64,000 nt of DNA from Squalus acanthias (Eukaryota): contig CM059433.1 of NCBI GenBank assembly GCA_030390025.1, forward strand, positions 17,920,001 through 17,984,000, read 5' to 3'. Positions within the stretch are counted from its first letter, which is position 1, and each line of letters opens with the position of its first letter. The translations under genes were made by a program, and so were the position numbers. Below the pieces are notes generated by a model. The model saw only the letters and a list, made by a program, of their open reading frames with translations, ran no database searches and was not told where the DNA came from. Below are positions 1 through 14,045 of this stretch, piece after piece.

Positions 1-227
1 CTGGAAGGCTGCCCATGAGCATGGGACCATACCCCAGCACGAATCAGGAAAAAAGGGAGCAAATTGGCAAAACAAGGAACTTTCTTCTGAAGGTAAAAGC
101 ACACTTAAGCAGTCATGTTCACAATGAGGTAACATAAGGTCATACGCAAAAGGCTTGAGCCTTTAACTGGGGGATTTCTCTGAAAGTTTGTACAGGGTGA
201 TTCCATGGTCCTGTGCTCCAGGAATGC

Positions 228-2143
228 AGGGGGTAATATAGTAGCATGGATATAAGATAGAGGATTGGTTAACGGACAGAAACAGAGAGTAGGGATAAAC
301 GGATCTTTTTCAGGTTCGCAGGCTGTAACTAGTGGGGTGCCGCAAGGATCAGTGTTGGGGCCTCAGCTATTTACAATCTATATTAATGACCTAGATGAAG
401 GGTCATGTAATGTATCCAAGTTTGCTGATAATACAAAGCTAGGTGGGACAGTAAGCTGTGAGGAGAACACAAAGGGCTTGATTTTCCAAGCCCCGAGGAG
501 GCGGGATTGGAGGCGTGTGAGGTGGTAAGATTGGAGAAATTGGGGGCGGGTGTCCGTCTCCGTGCCCTTTTGCCAGGAGGCGGGAAGATGTGCAGCTTCG
601 GGTCCCGTCTCCTGGAGGCGGAAAAGGCTTTTAATCCTTTTAACTGCCTGTTAACAGGTAGTTAACAGGCAGAAAAAGAGATTAGTGCCATTTTGGCCGG
701 GTTGGAGGAGACGTGAAGGAGGTCTGCGGCGGTCGGAGGCACCTGGAAGTAAGGTGTAGAGGTGAGTGATGGGTGCAAGTGTGGAGTGGTAAGTGTGCAA
801 GGTGAGTGATAAGTTTAAAAAAGTGTTCACTTACCTTTTTTTACTTCTGTAGCCTTTAGCCACGCTGGATCGGGAGAGCGGACATCCACCTTGTCAATTT
901 CAAGTAATGGCTGATGGACCCTCCGATCCATCAGACATCTGAAATTTACTTTTTCACAATGTTTTTTCAGTCCTCACCACAAAAACAAATCAAACTCAAG
1001 AGAATGTCAGTGTTTGACAGCTTCACAGAGCTGTCAAACGCTGTCATTTCTTCTTTCAAGAAGTCTTGACAGATAGCACGTCTGACATTGACGTGATCTG
1101 TCAGTAACTTCTTCCCTAATTGGCTTGCTGAGCCCGCTGGGCGGGCTTAACAAGCTCAATCAGGGGAAAATCCCTCTGAATGGTCAGGCGAGGATGGAGG
1201 CGGGACATTGACACGACAAGCAACAGTCCCGCCTCCAAGTCGCCTCCATTGACAAAATCCAGCCCAAAGAGTCTGTAAAGGGATATAGATAGACTAAGTG
1301 AGTGGGCAGTAAGGTGGCAGATGGAGTATAATGTAGGGAAATGTGAGGTTATTCACTTTGGTAGGAAGAATAGAAAAACAGAATATTTTTTAAATGGTGC
1401 AAAACTTTCAAATGTTGGTGTTCAGAGAGATTTGGGTGTCCTCGTGCAAGAAACACAGAAAGCTAGCATGCAGGTACAGCAAGCAATAAGGAAGGCAAAT
1501 GGCATGTTGGCCTTTATTGCAAGGGGATTGTAGTATAAGAGTAAGGAAGTCTTGCTACAATTGTACAGGGCCTTGGTGAGACCACACCTGGAGTACTGTG
1601 CACTGTTTTGGTCTCCTTATCTAAGGAAGGATATACTTGCCTTGGAGGCGGTGCAACGAAGGTTCATTAGATTGATTCCTGGGATGAGAGGGCTGTCCTA
1701 TGATGAGAGATTGTGTAGAATGGGCCTATACTCTCTGGAGTTTAGAAGAATGAGAGGTGATCTCATTGAAAGATACAAGATTCTGAAGGGGATTGACAGG
1801 GTAGATGCTGAGAGGTTGCTCCCCCTGGCTGGAGTGTCTAGAACTAGGGGGCATAGTCTCAAGATAAGGGGTAGGCCATTTAAGACCGAGATGAGGAGGA
1901 ATTTCTTCACTCAGAGGGTTGTGAACCTTTGGAATTCTATGCCCCAGAGAGCTGTGAATGCTAAGTCTTTGAGTATATTCAAGGCTGAGATAGATAGATT
2001 TTTGAACTCTAGGAGAATCAAGGGATATGGAGATCTGGCGGGAAAGTGGAGTTGAGGTCGATGATCAGCCATGATCTTATTGAATGGTGGAGCAGGCTCG
2101 AGGGGCCGTATGGCCTACTCCTGCTCTTATTTCTTATGTTCTT
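228..2143 (+). mobile_element. 5'-truncated CR1 LINE (RT C-terminal half plus 3' UTR), interrupted by a Harbinger MITE at 474-1265
   Basis: GVPQGSVLGP, KFAD and RPHLEYC...NFFTQRVVNLWN motifs, in-frame stops, 3' tail ttcttatgttctt. Confidence 0.93.
474..1265. mobile_element. PIF/Harbinger MITE, family A
   Basis: TIRs GGGCTTGATTTT...AAAATCCAGCCC and 3-bp TSD AAA. Removing it restores CR1 sequence. Close relative at 59799-60636. Confidence 0.88.
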
Positions 2144-4324
2144 CTGGAACGTGGGTCAGAGCTAAGACTAGAATACTGTCGGCCAGATTCTGCAGCCTAT
2201 GCTCCCTGCGAACACAGCTGCCCACTGGAATCACCCCTGTAGTACAGTTAACTTTAATGTGAATGGGCAAAGCAACTATGATCAATATTATACAGTTTAG
2301 AATGAGAGCATTGAAGGGAAAGCACATCAATAAATTGCCTTTCCCAATTATATTCTTTGAAGAACCCAAACTTGTCAGTCATGACTGAAAGAATGCGGAA
2401 ATGCTTGTAAACCCCGCTGTTCAGTACGGTCGGTGTGAGTGTATGTGGATTGTGCACCATTGCTTATCACAAAAGATGAAACAGAAGCGTTCTGCAATGG
2501 GTGTAGTAATGGATCATTTATAATAATCAGTATTTAGAAAAAATATTTTGATTACTATTTGTTGCGGTTTTGACTTACTCAAAAGCCATCATGCTATAGT
2601 GAATAATGGATTAATCGAGTAATCAAAGCCTTCAAAAATATTTGTAAATTGGATGATTGAAGCAGATACCTAAAAATAGAAGGGCCCTGACAGCCTGCTT
2701 ATTCCATGTTAAACAATGATCTGGTAAAAGTTGTAGTTGCACTCAGAACCACACTAAATATTATAAGAATAACAGATTTGGAAAGTATTTGGAAAGGTCT
2801 TTATTAAATTCAAATCTGAAACTTACTTTAACTTTAGCAATATAAGAGGTAAAAATAAGATATGGTTTGTTGCTATAGCGACAAGATTATTTTGACTGAT
2901 AATAGCTATCATCACCAGCCCTGAGCTGCCTTGCCTTGATGGGTAATTAGCACCTCAAGGCTGGTAGTGATTGCAATGCCTGAGCAAAATCATGTTGTCA
3001 CTGTTATTATCAATCAAAAGTTTTTTTAAGCACTGCAGTTTGTCGTTCCCTGTGGTGTTCTTGTCGAAAGTTTTGGGGCATTTCTTCGAAGTTATCACCG
3101 GTCCAGTAACAATCCTTTTGAGTGCTGAGTCACTCATTCTAATGCATATCAGGGTTGTGGAGTAAGTGCACAGTCGAACTTTGAGTTCAATTGGCTGCTC
3201 TTAACTGAATTGCTGGCTTTGTACTTTTTGTTCATGCCTGAATAAGCCTTCGTTTAGTCACATAGAATAATAATATATGCTTTTTAGCATCTTCCTCTGC
3301 CAGGGAAATGACAGCTTCTTTTCCCTTGAGATAAAATATGTAGATATTCATAGCCTACAGTCAAAAGAAGCCCAGCTATCTTTTAGCAATAACTTACATT
3401 GAGAGTAATGGATATTTCTTACACTTTTAGTAAAAGTTTTGTTGCTTTTCCTTTCTGGGTTTAAATGCTCACCAGTCAACGTGGTGGCTGGTAGTGATTG
3501 TTTCTGCTGTTGAATCTGCAAAACTCAAATTCGATAGTGGAGTGGCAGGTAACTAGCCAACCAACCATGGTACCCCGATAATAATGTTGTTTTCACGGTT
3601 CATAATCACCTTAACCACCTGTTGATTGGTTAAAAATGCGAAAGGCTTTGTACAGTCAGCTGTGAAGTGTCCCGGGGAGAGCAGTGATCTGATCGCTTGC
3701 TGCCAAACGTAATAATCTCAATATACAGATCGGGACAAATGGAGGCATCGTGGAGAGCTATACTCACGCTGACAAATAAATTGATGCATTTCCATGACTG
3801 ACTAATGCCTTCAGCTAACAATGAATCTTATGAGGTAAGTAAACTTGCTTAGGAAAAACGGATTTAAAGCACAATGGCATATATTATCTTCTGGATTTCA
3901 CCAGCTAGAAGCTAATTACTACTTTAATGATAGCTTGAACAATCTTCTCCTTTATAGCTAAAGGTAAATGCTGAAAGTTGACTCAAGCAATGAGGTCTAT
4001 ATATGGAGATCCATTTAAATGGTATTGGCAAAATGGTCTAAGTATACACAGCACCAAATGAATCAATGAATTTTCATATCTAACAACGCCCTCCTGTTTT
4101 CATATGGAACTGAAGGAGGTGTGCGGGCATGTATAATAGGTGGATGATTGTTGCACGTTTTAGGCAAGTTGAACCCATATGTAATGGCTGAACAGAAAAT
4201 CATTAAACCAATTCTTGTAAATGCATAACTACAAGCCTCCAACTAACAAAGCAGCACTCTTGATTCCAGGAGCAAAACTATAAAGTCATTCAAAAATATG
4301 ATAGTAAGAGGCATGTTTCTGATT

Positions 4325-4500
4325 AAAAACTACAAACTGCAAATGTTGTAATTCCGAAATACGAACAGAAATTCTAGAAATACCCAGCAGATCCATCAGC
4401 ATCTGTTAAGAGGTCATTCAGGTTAACTTTTCAGGTGTAGATGTAGTACCTTTTCTCTTTTTCAGACTTGTTATGTACTTCCTCCATTCTCTGCTTTTTA
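4325..4500. mobile_element. Degenerate Penelope-like terminal fragments (same family as 30700-30990)
   Basis: Diverged match to aaatactgcagatgctggaaatc...cagcatctg...gttaacgtttcagg. Confidence 0.45.
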
Positions 4501-4847
4501 CTGTTTCACCATGCCTTGATAAGTAATGGATACGAGTCTAACAGCTGCATTTATTGGCTATAAAGGAAGGAAGATTGTTCAAGCTATCATTAAAGTAGTT
4601 ATTAGCTTCTAGCTGGTGAAATCCAGAAGATAATATATGCCATTGTGCTTTAAATCCATTTTTCCTAAGCGGGAATCATTGTTAGCTGAAGGTAAATGCT
4701 GAAGGTTGACTCAAGCCTGAGAATAAATTGAGAAGTAAAGTGGTCGACATTGGATCATTCTTCATTACTCAACATCCTCCATACTTCTACAAAGCCTAGC
4801 TTGATCAGTTCTATGGAAACTGTGTGATTTGGCGTACATCAAAAATT

Positions 4848-5304
4848 ACTTGCATTTATACAGCGCCTTTCATGACTTCAGGACGTCCCAAAGTGCTTTA
4901 CAACCAATGAAGTACTTTTGAAGTGGAGTCACTGTTGTAATGTAGGAAACGCGGCAGCCAATTTACACACAGCAAGCTCCCACAAACAGCAATTTGATAA
5001 TGACCAGATAATCTGTTTTAGTGATGTTGTTTGAGGGACAAATATTGGCCAGGACACCAGGGAGATCTCCCCTGCTCTTCTTTGAATAGTGCCATGGGAT
5101 CTTTTACCGCCACCTGAGAGGGAAGACGGGACCTCGGTTTAATGTCTCATCCGAAAGACAGCACCTCCAATAGTGCAGCACTCCCTCAGCACTGCACTGG
5201 ATTGTCAGCCTAGAATTTTGTGCTCAAGTCTCTGGAGTGGGACTTGAACCCACAACCTGCTGACTCAGAGGCGAGAGTGCTGCCCACTGAGCCACGGCTG
5301 ACAC
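4848..5304 (-). mobile_element. tRNA-derived DeuSINE (SacSINE1-like), near full length
   Basis: Minus-strand head GTCAGCCGTGGCTCAGTGG...GGTTCAAGTCCC (A/B boxes), central conserved domain, tail ending ataaatgcaagt. Confidence 0.82.
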
Positions 5305-6532
5305 TATTATGTCAAATTATGTCAAGACATCAGTAATGGGCTGAGGGAATGCTGCATGACGTCCACTACTACTGTGTCCGAAAAAGCATCAGGCCTTGTG
5401 GTTCATTTTCTCCCAGCTAAAGCATTGAGTTCCCTGCTCCTCATGATGCATTTCCTAATGTCAAATAGATCCATTCTTCAACTTTAATGGAGTTTGTAGG
5501 TCATATTAGACAGTCCTTCACAGTTTTTGAACATTTAGTTATATTACTTTTTCAGGTTTCCAGTTTGATACTCAGGCCATCAGCACCGTTAGCAAGTAAT
5601 CAATGTGTTTCCAAAAAAAAATGTTTGTACCAAGTTCTGCTAAAGCGTTTAACACTGCCAATTTACAGCAATCCATTCATTAATGCTGATGGTTGCAATT
5701 GATGCCTTAAAAGCTTGTCATTTAAAAATAACGCTACTTACATTTTTAGGCTTTACCTAGATATATTTTGTTTGCTCTAAGTCAAAAACCACTCTCATAA
5801 ATGAGACCTCACTCTCTACGAGCTGGATTGTGATCAGTATGGCCAATATCTGGTAATGTATTGTTGCCTAGGGTTAAACATACTGGACAGGGCACAAATC
5901 CTCTGATCTGTCAGAAGAGGTAAAATTAGCATCCTATCCCTTGGCTTAGGCTATAAATTATGGAAAAGGTTTATTAAAAGTAGTTTATTAAAACAGGTTT
6001 ATTAAAACAGATTACAGTAGTCTGCAGAATGTAACTATTCTAGCTTTGATTTGGGAAATAATAGGGGCAACCTTTCACTAATTCCATCAGTCAATACTGA
6101 TAGCTTCCTTTAACAATAGTTTACAAAGTTTGTGTTGAGCTTGGTTGCAGCAGTGTTGGAGGCCAAAAGTAGAAAGGTTGGAGTGAGAATGTGAAGATGA
6201 GTTTAATTAGTGAGCCCCAGAAAGATCAGGTTCAAACTTGCGGCCAGAATGAAAATGTTCGGCTGGCTTATCTCCTTAGTTTCTGACAATTTCGACCCAG
6301 ATCAATCCCTCTGTCGGCAAAGTTTCCAGACAGGTTTCCACTACATTCACTGGAACTGAGTCCGCAGCAGAGTCCAGTTGACAGAAAATGCCATGCAGCT
6401 GTTCTTGGTTAAAAAAACACACAACGCAGAAGCATTACAGTTAAAAAGGAATAAAGTGTATCCAGTGATGGAGTAGGGGAGATATTCTGCACATGTTTTG
6501 AAACAAAAATCAGATTCCTTGCTTTCTGCCAG

Positions 6533-6828
6533 GGGGTCACAGTCTCAGAATAAGGGAGTCGGTCATTTAGGACTGAGATGAGGAGAAATTTCTTCACTCA
6601 GAGGGTGGTGAATCTTTGGCATTCTCTACCCCAGAGGGCTGTGGAGGCTCAGCCGTTGGGTATATTCAAGACAGAGATCGATAGATTTTTGAATATTAAG
6701 GGAATCAAGGGATATGGGGATATTGCAGGAAAGTGGAGATGAGGTAGAAGATCAGCCATGATCTTATTGAATGGCGGAGCAGGCTCGAAGGGCCAAATGG
6801 CCTACCCCTGCTCCTATTTCTTATGTAA
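6533..6828 (+). mobile_element. CR1 3' fragment
   Basis: RGHSLRIRSRSFRTEMRRNFFTQRVVNLW followed by the CR1 3' UTR. Confidence 0.9.
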
Positions 6829-7498
6829 CTGTAATACAATCTTAAAAACTCAATACTCAGAGGTTACAGTGCATGAAATAAATAAAAAGTACAGCAAGGG
6901 TCACAGTTTCCTATATACAATGTCATTGCTTTCACTTTGAATTGGCGACTTGGCTCATATCCCATTTCAGACATAATAAATGCAATACACCTTTTTCTCC
7001 CTTTCTGATGTACCTGCTATGCTTCCAATGTTTACTGTTTATACTTCAAATTTCCAACATTCACAGAAATCATATGAATTATTAAGTGGTGCCAAATACA
7101 ACAATTTAGCATTTATATGGCATTTTGCGTAGCAATGTTTTTTTCTGCATTTGTTGACTTGTTAAATATTCCGTTTCATTTTGCTGCAACTCTGTACTTT
7201 TTATATTTTAAGAACTAGGCATGCCCGCTGCCATCTTTAATATTAGTATATCATATCATTTTCCTCTTCATGTTGCAACCTTTGGAACATTTTTCAGCTT
7301 TAAATTTATTGATACCTATAGCTATCGACCCTCTGGTGAAGGGGTCAAGGCCCATAGCGTGCGAGAAGCTGCTCTGTTGGCAATGAGCAAGATGTCCCTG
7401 AGGACAAGAAATCTTGAACTACACTGCGTTATCCTGTATCCGAGTGAAGGTACAAAGATTATTAACAATTGTTATATATTGTATTTTAAATATTTCAG

Positions 7499-7704
7499 GT
7501 CCCCCAGGATGAATGGGGAGGATATCCACTGGGAGGCAAAGATGACGAGATTCCTTGCCGAAGGATGAGAAGTGGCAGCTATATTAAGGCGATGGGAGAT
7601 GAAGAAAGCGGTGAATCTGACACGAGCCCAAAAGGTTCACCAAAAGCTGCTAGTCTCCATGAAACCCTAATGAAAGCTGCTGGTCAGAAAGTAGATAATC
7701 AGAA
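7499..7704 (+). CDS. DLGAP2: DLGAP2 (disks large-associated protein 2 / SAPAP2) internal coding exon A, 206 nt, phase 0 to 2
   Basis: Acceptor tttcag|GTC and donor GAA|gtaagc. Translates VPQDEWGGYPLGGKDDEIPCRRMRSGSYIKAMGDEESGESDTSPKGSPKAASLHETLMKAAGQKVDNQ, matching the recalled DLGAP2 segment with the GKAP/SAPAP repeat RRMRSGSYIKAM. Confidence 0.95.
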
Positions 7705-8004
7705 GTAAGCATGCCTTTCATTTTCGGTCTTTTTCCGCTCGGAAGCGCAGCATTGGATGGGTATGTGTTGGGTGTTGGGGCGGGTTGGGAGAGTGGTTAT
7801 TGCACCTTATGCTTCCCATTCGGTTAAATATCTGAAGTATCTTATGTGTGATATATGTAACAACTCAGAACCAGGAGTGTGCTGTAAGGAAAGAAAACTT
7901 CGAGCTTCAGATGATGTTATAAATTGCACGTGCAAAATCTGAATAATACATGAATACCATCTGAGTCCCAAGACCAGTTGGAAACACACTTTTACATATG
8001 ATTG

Positions 8005-9328
8005 TCAATAGTGGAGTACTGTGTTCAGTTCTGGGCAGTGCAGCTCAGGAAGGATATATTGGCCATGGAGTGGGTGCAACGTAGATTCACCAGAATGATA
8101 CCAGGGCTAAAAGGGATAAATTATGAGGACAGGTTGCATAGAATAGTACAGCACAGAAGGAGGCCATTCGGCCCAACGAGTCTGCGCCAGCTCTTTCGAA
8201 GGACAATCCAGTTAGTCCCACTCCCCCGCTCTTTCCCCATATCCCTGCAATTTTTTCTCCTTCAAGTATTTATACAATTCCCTTTTGCAGGCTACTATTG
8301 AATCTGTATCCACCATCCTATCAGGCAGTGCATTCCAAATCCTAACCACTTGTTGCTTAAAAAAGTTTTCCCTCATGTCGCTTCTGGTTCTTTAGCCAGT
8401 CACCTTAAATCTGTGCCCTCTCGTTATGAACCCTTCAGCCACTGGAAACAGTTTCTCTTTATTTACTCTATCTAAATCCTTCATGATTTTAAACACCTCT
8501 AGCAAATCTCCTCTTAGCCTTCTCTGCACCAAGGAGAACAACCCCAGTTTCTCTAGTCTATCCACGTAACTGTATTCCCTCATCCCTGGAACCATTCTAG
8601 TAAATCTCTTCTGTACCCTCTCCAAAGCCTTCACTTCCTTCCTAAAGAGTGGTGCCCAGAATTGGACACAATACTCCAGCTGGGGCCGAACTTCCTGGCA
8701 TTTATACTCTATGCCTCTATTTAAAAGCCCAGGATCCCACATGCTTTATTAATTGCTTTGTTAACCTGTCCTGCCACCTTCAAAGATTTGTGCACAAGCA
8801 CCTCCAACTCTCTCTGTTCATGCACGACCTTTAAAATTGTACCATTTAGCGTGTATGGTCTCTCCTCATTCTTCCTACCAAAATGTAGCACCTCACACTT
8901 CTCTGTGTTGAATTTCACCTGACTGGGCTTGATTCCTTTGAATGAAGAAGATTAAGGGGTGATCTAATGGAGGTGTTTGAGATGATTAAAGGATTTGACA
9001 GGGTAGATAGAGAGAAACTATTTTGTCTGGTGGTGGAGTTCAGAACAAGGGGGCATAACCTTAAAATTAGAGCTAAGCCATTCAGGGGTGATGTCAGGAA
9101 GCACTTCTTCACACAAAGGGTAGTGGAAATCTGGAACTCTCTTCCCCCAGGCTAGGTCAATTGAAAATTTCAGAACTGTGATTGATAGATTTTTGTTAGG
9201 CAAGGGTATCAAAGGGATATGGAGCTAATGCATGTAAATGGAATTAAGATACAGATCAGCCATGATGTGATTGAATGGCGGAACAGGGCTGAAGGGGCAA
9301 CTCCTGATCCTATATTCCTATGTTCCTG
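8005..9328 (+). mobile_element. CR1 3' fragment split by a nested antisense CR1 (about 8136-8917)
   Basis: EYCVQFW...YEDRLHR at 8005-8140 resumes as LGLIPL...FFTQRVVEIWN at about 8922. Confidence 0.88.
8136..8917 (-). mobile_element. CR1 3' fragment nested in another CR1
   Basis: MKFNTEKCEVLHFGRKN...EYCVQFWAP...RGHRFKV on the minus strand; 3' tail at cataga. Confidence 0.9.
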
Positions 9329-10575
9329 TGTAATAGTGGAGTTAGGCATTAGATTTTTGATGAAGGCACTCGGAACTATCACATGATTTTTACCATGTTG
9401 CGTGATGCCGGGTGTGTGGCACATGGTCCACTGAACATTGTATATGGGGTGGGTGGCGTGTGGTGCTTGATGTATGATACGCAGGATGTAGTATGCAGTG
9501 GCTGGAAGAAGATGATGGAAAATAGAGACAACAAAAAATAATGTAGTAAATGTGTTTCTTTTTAAATCCAGTTCGTGACTCCTATTTTCCTTAAGTGTTG
9601 CTGAGGTTGGGCGAGTTAAATTGAGTGAAAGCAGTAGCAGACCGTGCACTGAAGTAGATCCATTTACAACGATATTGCCAAATGACCAATTTGAGCGAGG
9701 TATCGGTTGTGAAAGTTATTGGTATTTCTATCTCACATTGGGACAATGAGCACAGGAAACATGATCCTACTAATGTTTCAGAGCTGCAAATCTGAACTGC
9801 TGGAAGAAGGCAGTGATTGAATTGTTTGAGTTGTCTTTATTTAATATTGCAGTGAGCTCAACATGGCATATAATTAGCCAGAGAAAAGGTGGTGGTTATC
9901 TTAATGATGGAACGTACAACGTATAAAAATCTGCGATAAGTACTCCGTGCGCATTTATGCATTTTCATCTAAAAGCACTAACTAGAGTATAGAAACAGAA
10001 AATGGTGGCAATGGCCATCAGCGTCTGAAAGGAGAACCGTAAGTTGAGGTTTTGGGTGGGATCCTTTATCAAGGTTGACCTGCTGTGCATTTCTAACTCT
10101 CCCTGGTTTTATTTTAGGATGCCTTTAGACTGAGGCTGCAGTTATTGTGTAAATGCTGCCGAAATCCAGAGGTAGAACGCGACCTGACACCAGCGATGTC
10201 TCACTTCACTTCATTTCACAGTCACCTTGAGCCTTGAGACTCAATTTACACCACACACATTTAACATGCTGCCAAACGCTGACTTTAAACCTTGACTGTA
10301 AATGCACCTGTAGATGTCCAGCATTCGTGATTTTTCTCTTTATGTCTACAAGAGGCAGTGCACTTTGTTTGTGCAGGGCTGCTTATCAGCCATCGGAAGA
10401 TACAATATCGTCCATTTATTTGTTTTACACAGAAAGGATATGTCATGGTTAGAACCGAGAGATGATTAACACCTCCAGACAACAGGCTCACCAGATAATT
10501 CATGTACAACAACGTTGGGAGTTAGTTATGGTCAGTCGTGGAAGTGGCACAATTTACTGCTGGCCATGACTTGTT

Positions 10576-11355
10576 GGCCTAGAAATTGGTCCGCGAAGCA
10601 CCCGTTTCTAGGGCGTTACACGGACTACTAAGGCCCCAATATGGCGGGCAGGGAGTGCGCACATTCCTGACCGGAAATGCGCCGATCGTCGAATTGGATA
10701 AAGACAAAAAAGATGCGTCCTTTACCCATGCCAAAGCAGGCGTTAGTCCCTTTGCATGTGAAAATAAGGGGCCCAGGGCCTGTTTGAGGTTCCCTGTCCA
10801 AAATTGGTTTGCCCTGAGGCAGCTCGTGCCAGTGTCAGCTGTACTCAAGGAAGCTAGTCCTAGGGATCGCCTGCTAGGCCCAACCAAAAAGGTAAGTAAC
10901 TTACCTGAATGTGGAGCCAGGAAGAGTAGGAGTGTTCCTCCCGAGCCCACATTAAACAATTGCCCCCGCTGCCCCCACATCACCCCCTCTTCCGAACCCG
11001 ATCTCCCGCCTTGACACCCAATCTCCCCCGCTTCCTCTCCCTGCCTCATATTCCCCTGGCCTCCAGAATCCCCGGCCTCATGGTCTCTGACCCCCGATTC
11101 TGATACACCAGCTCCCCGTCCCACTTTCCCTGCCATTCCGATCCTCGGTCCCGATCTCGGACTGATCCCCCGACCCCACTTACCTGAAGGCCGCTGTGAT
11201 AAAGTAGTGATTGAATTTTCTACTACTCATCGCCAGCGGGCTCCATTATTATTAAACCCAAGGCCCAATACCTGGGGCGACAAGGAAAGTACCCTGCGCA
11301 CACCCCCCCACCCCAACCCCCCCACCCCCAATAGGCACACCCGAATTTCTGGGTC
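10576..11355. mobile_element. PIF/Harbinger MITE
   Basis: TIRs GGCCTAGAAATT...AATTTCTGGGTC, TSD GTT/ATT (1 mismatch). Confidence 0.75.
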
Positions 11356-11402
11356 ATTCTATTTGAACCACGTACACTCTAAATAAAAATGTTAAAAACT
11401 TT

Positions 11403-13561
11403 GGGCTAGAAATTCATCTGCTGAGCGCCACTCCATAGCGTCATGAAATGGCGATAAAATGGCAGCTGCCACTCTTTCGCCAGCTGGTGGAGAGTCCCGC
11501 GGTGGCCGCCATATTTCTGTCCCTTTTTGCGCTGCCACTAACAACGCCGACTTACCATCACCACGCCGAACTTCGACCCTAGCGCTGGGTCCTAAGCACG
11601 CCATGTTAACCTGGTGTGCAAGCAGGCTGACAGTGGCGATGTCAGCACCTCTTAAAGGGACGCACACATCCTTCAGGTAAGTTTGCAATTAAGCTTTTTG
11701 ATTTTTTGGGGGATTTTATTGAAGTAGTGGCTTGCTGCAATAGATGTTAAAAGTTTTTTAAGTGTGTAGGGAGTGCTGCTGGATGCTTGCAAGGCTTCGG
11801 ATGATAAACAAAGGCCTCTGAGAAGACACAAAATGCTGCAAATACTCAGCAGGTCAGACAACATCTGTGGAGTGAGAAACAGAGTTCACATCTCAGGTTG
11901 AGATGCTGCCTGACCTGTTGAATATTTTCAGCATTTTATTCTGTCATGTCAGATTTAAAGCATCCACTCGCAGAGGGAAGAGGAAGACACAGAAGAGTAA
12001 GAAGCTGAAGAGTAGGAAGCAGAAGGAAGGATGCAACTCAGACAACCCCTTTCTGGCCGGGATATCCGGTATAGAATCAGCCACCTGCAGTACCAGTGAC
12101 CACATCCCCAATTCCCCTTTCAACATTTGTCCTACACCTACCTTCCCTCTGTTACTGACCATCATAGCGTCCTCTTGGCCACAAGGCTGAAATAAAAGCC
12201 ACCACAAAGCAAACTTTCTAATCCAACTTTATACATCTATCCATCCAATATGACATCAACAAATCAACTCACCGCCCTTATGCATTCTCTTAGTGACTGT
12301 CTTGTGTGTGCCTTTGCCTATCCTGCTGATGTCATGCAGTGCTACCCCAGTGGCTGCAGCATAGCTGGTGGAAGGCTGCTGACTTTCAGTGGGGGACACT
12401 GCAAATGGCCTTGCTGGTGGACCTTGAGAAGCTGGTGGCTGAGAGTGTCAAATCAATCTCCTTCTTTCTCTTCATCTTCACTCTCCTCTCCGTCTTCTTG
12501 GTCAGCCACTGGCTGGGTAGGCTGCATTTCTTTGGTGTGTGAAATGAGGAAGGCACAAGGGTGGAGTTGTGGTGAGGGGAGGGTGGAAAAGCAAGAGGTG
12601 CATGCCAGAAGGAAGATAACATATGAGGATACGAGCATCTTGTATCCTTCAGCCCCGCTGCTGGCCAAGGGCTCATCCATGCCCCTGCCAAGAATGGCCT
12701 GCACTGCCTACTCGAAGGGGGTGAGTTGAGGATAGGAATGGGAGATGTGCCTCGTGATTGGTGCAGATTGTTGGTAGGTGAGTGATTGGGGGGGCAGGGG
12801 TCGTGGATTGAGCAGTGTGTGAGGCTAGTGGTGCAGTTGGTAGGAGACGACTTTTGAAGATGCATTCACTGACCTTGACCAGTGGTCTGAGGTCATGAAG
12901 CTTCTTTGGGCACTGGAGCCAAGTGGTGGGGGCGACACTGCTGGCAGTGACGGCCTCAGTGATGTACTCCCACATCGTTCTTTCTGGAGGGCCTCCTGAT
13001 CCCTGTGGGTAGAGGGCCGTTCTTGCAGTGTTGACCCCCTGCACAAAGCTGGAGTGCTGCGTGCGAGACACTCGGTGCCCCTTCCCTGGCTTGCTGAGCC
13101 ATGTGTGTTAGTGCTGAGGCAGTTTTCCCATTTGTTGAGGTTTGGAAAGTAATTCAGCTTTAACAGCTGAATATTCACATTTGGAACTTCTTTTAAATAT
13201 TGAATATTTCCTAAAAGGCAGAAAGGGCTGAAAAATGTATTGAGTCACTGCATTTTATTTTGTATTGCTTCAGTGTGCATGGCCCCTTGAATTCTCAGAC
13301 CTCTTCATTGCCCACATTTCCCTGCGAGCTCCACAGCTTCACTCACAGAGGCTGTGGGAAGCTGCAATGACGGACCTGGACAGAACTTTGTCCCAGATCC
13401 CTCCAGCAACGCCACCAGGACGGTGTTGCATGGAAGGTGAGCGCTGCGCCACCTATCTCCATGCCCCCCATCCAGACCAATTTCACTCGGTTAGCATTGC
13501 GGCCATTTCCAGCGGCCGTTAACTGCACCGGCAACTTTCCTGCGAGCGCGATTTTCCCCCC
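11403..13561 (-). mobile_element. Internally deleted PIF/Harbinger element with a decayed Myb/SANT-like gene (exon about 13102-12874, minus strand)
   Basis: Termini GGGCTAGAAATT...GATTTTCCCCCC with TTT/ATT flanks. Frameshifted MAQQAREGAP..FVQGVNTARTALYPQGSGGPPERTMWEYITEAVTASSVAPTTWLQCPKKLHDLRPLVK ends at donor gtcagt. Contains a Penelope-like fragment at about 11822-11945. Confidence 0.7.
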
Positions 13562-14045
13562 ATTGTTCTGCAAAGTTACCAGCCCATAATTGTGGTTTAA
13601 AAATGGAAATCATTCATATACCTTTGACCACTTATGGTGCACGTGGCGTGGGTTCTTCTATTGTAAGAGACAATTCTATTGTGGAGAATTTTTAAATAGC
13701 TTTCGTCTCCCAAATGTTTTTTTATTTGATAGAAGTGTTGCTGAAGCAGTGGTACAGGTAGACCTCTGCCAGCAGATGCAGAACCCATCGAGTGGTGATT
13801 GCGACCTCCTTTGGTCCAGAAATGGTACTGCAGCACCACTCAGATTTGCACTTTGAGTGTCACAGTCCCCTTTGGAGGAACGGAACATAGGAACAGGAGT
13901 AGGCCACTCAGCCCCTCAAGCCTGTTCCGCCGTTCAATGAGATCATGGGTGATCTGTATCCTTACTCCATCCTCCCACCTTTAGCTCCATATCCCTTACT
14001 ACCCATGTCTAGCAAAAACCCATCCATCTCAGATTTAAAATTTTT

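Noticed and set aside
1321..2055. RT-like ORFs here and at 23711-24298, 62570-63585 and 39853-40705 as functional genes
   Set aside because: They are 5'-truncated LINE fragments with stops, frameshifts and insertions. No full-length ORF2 is present.
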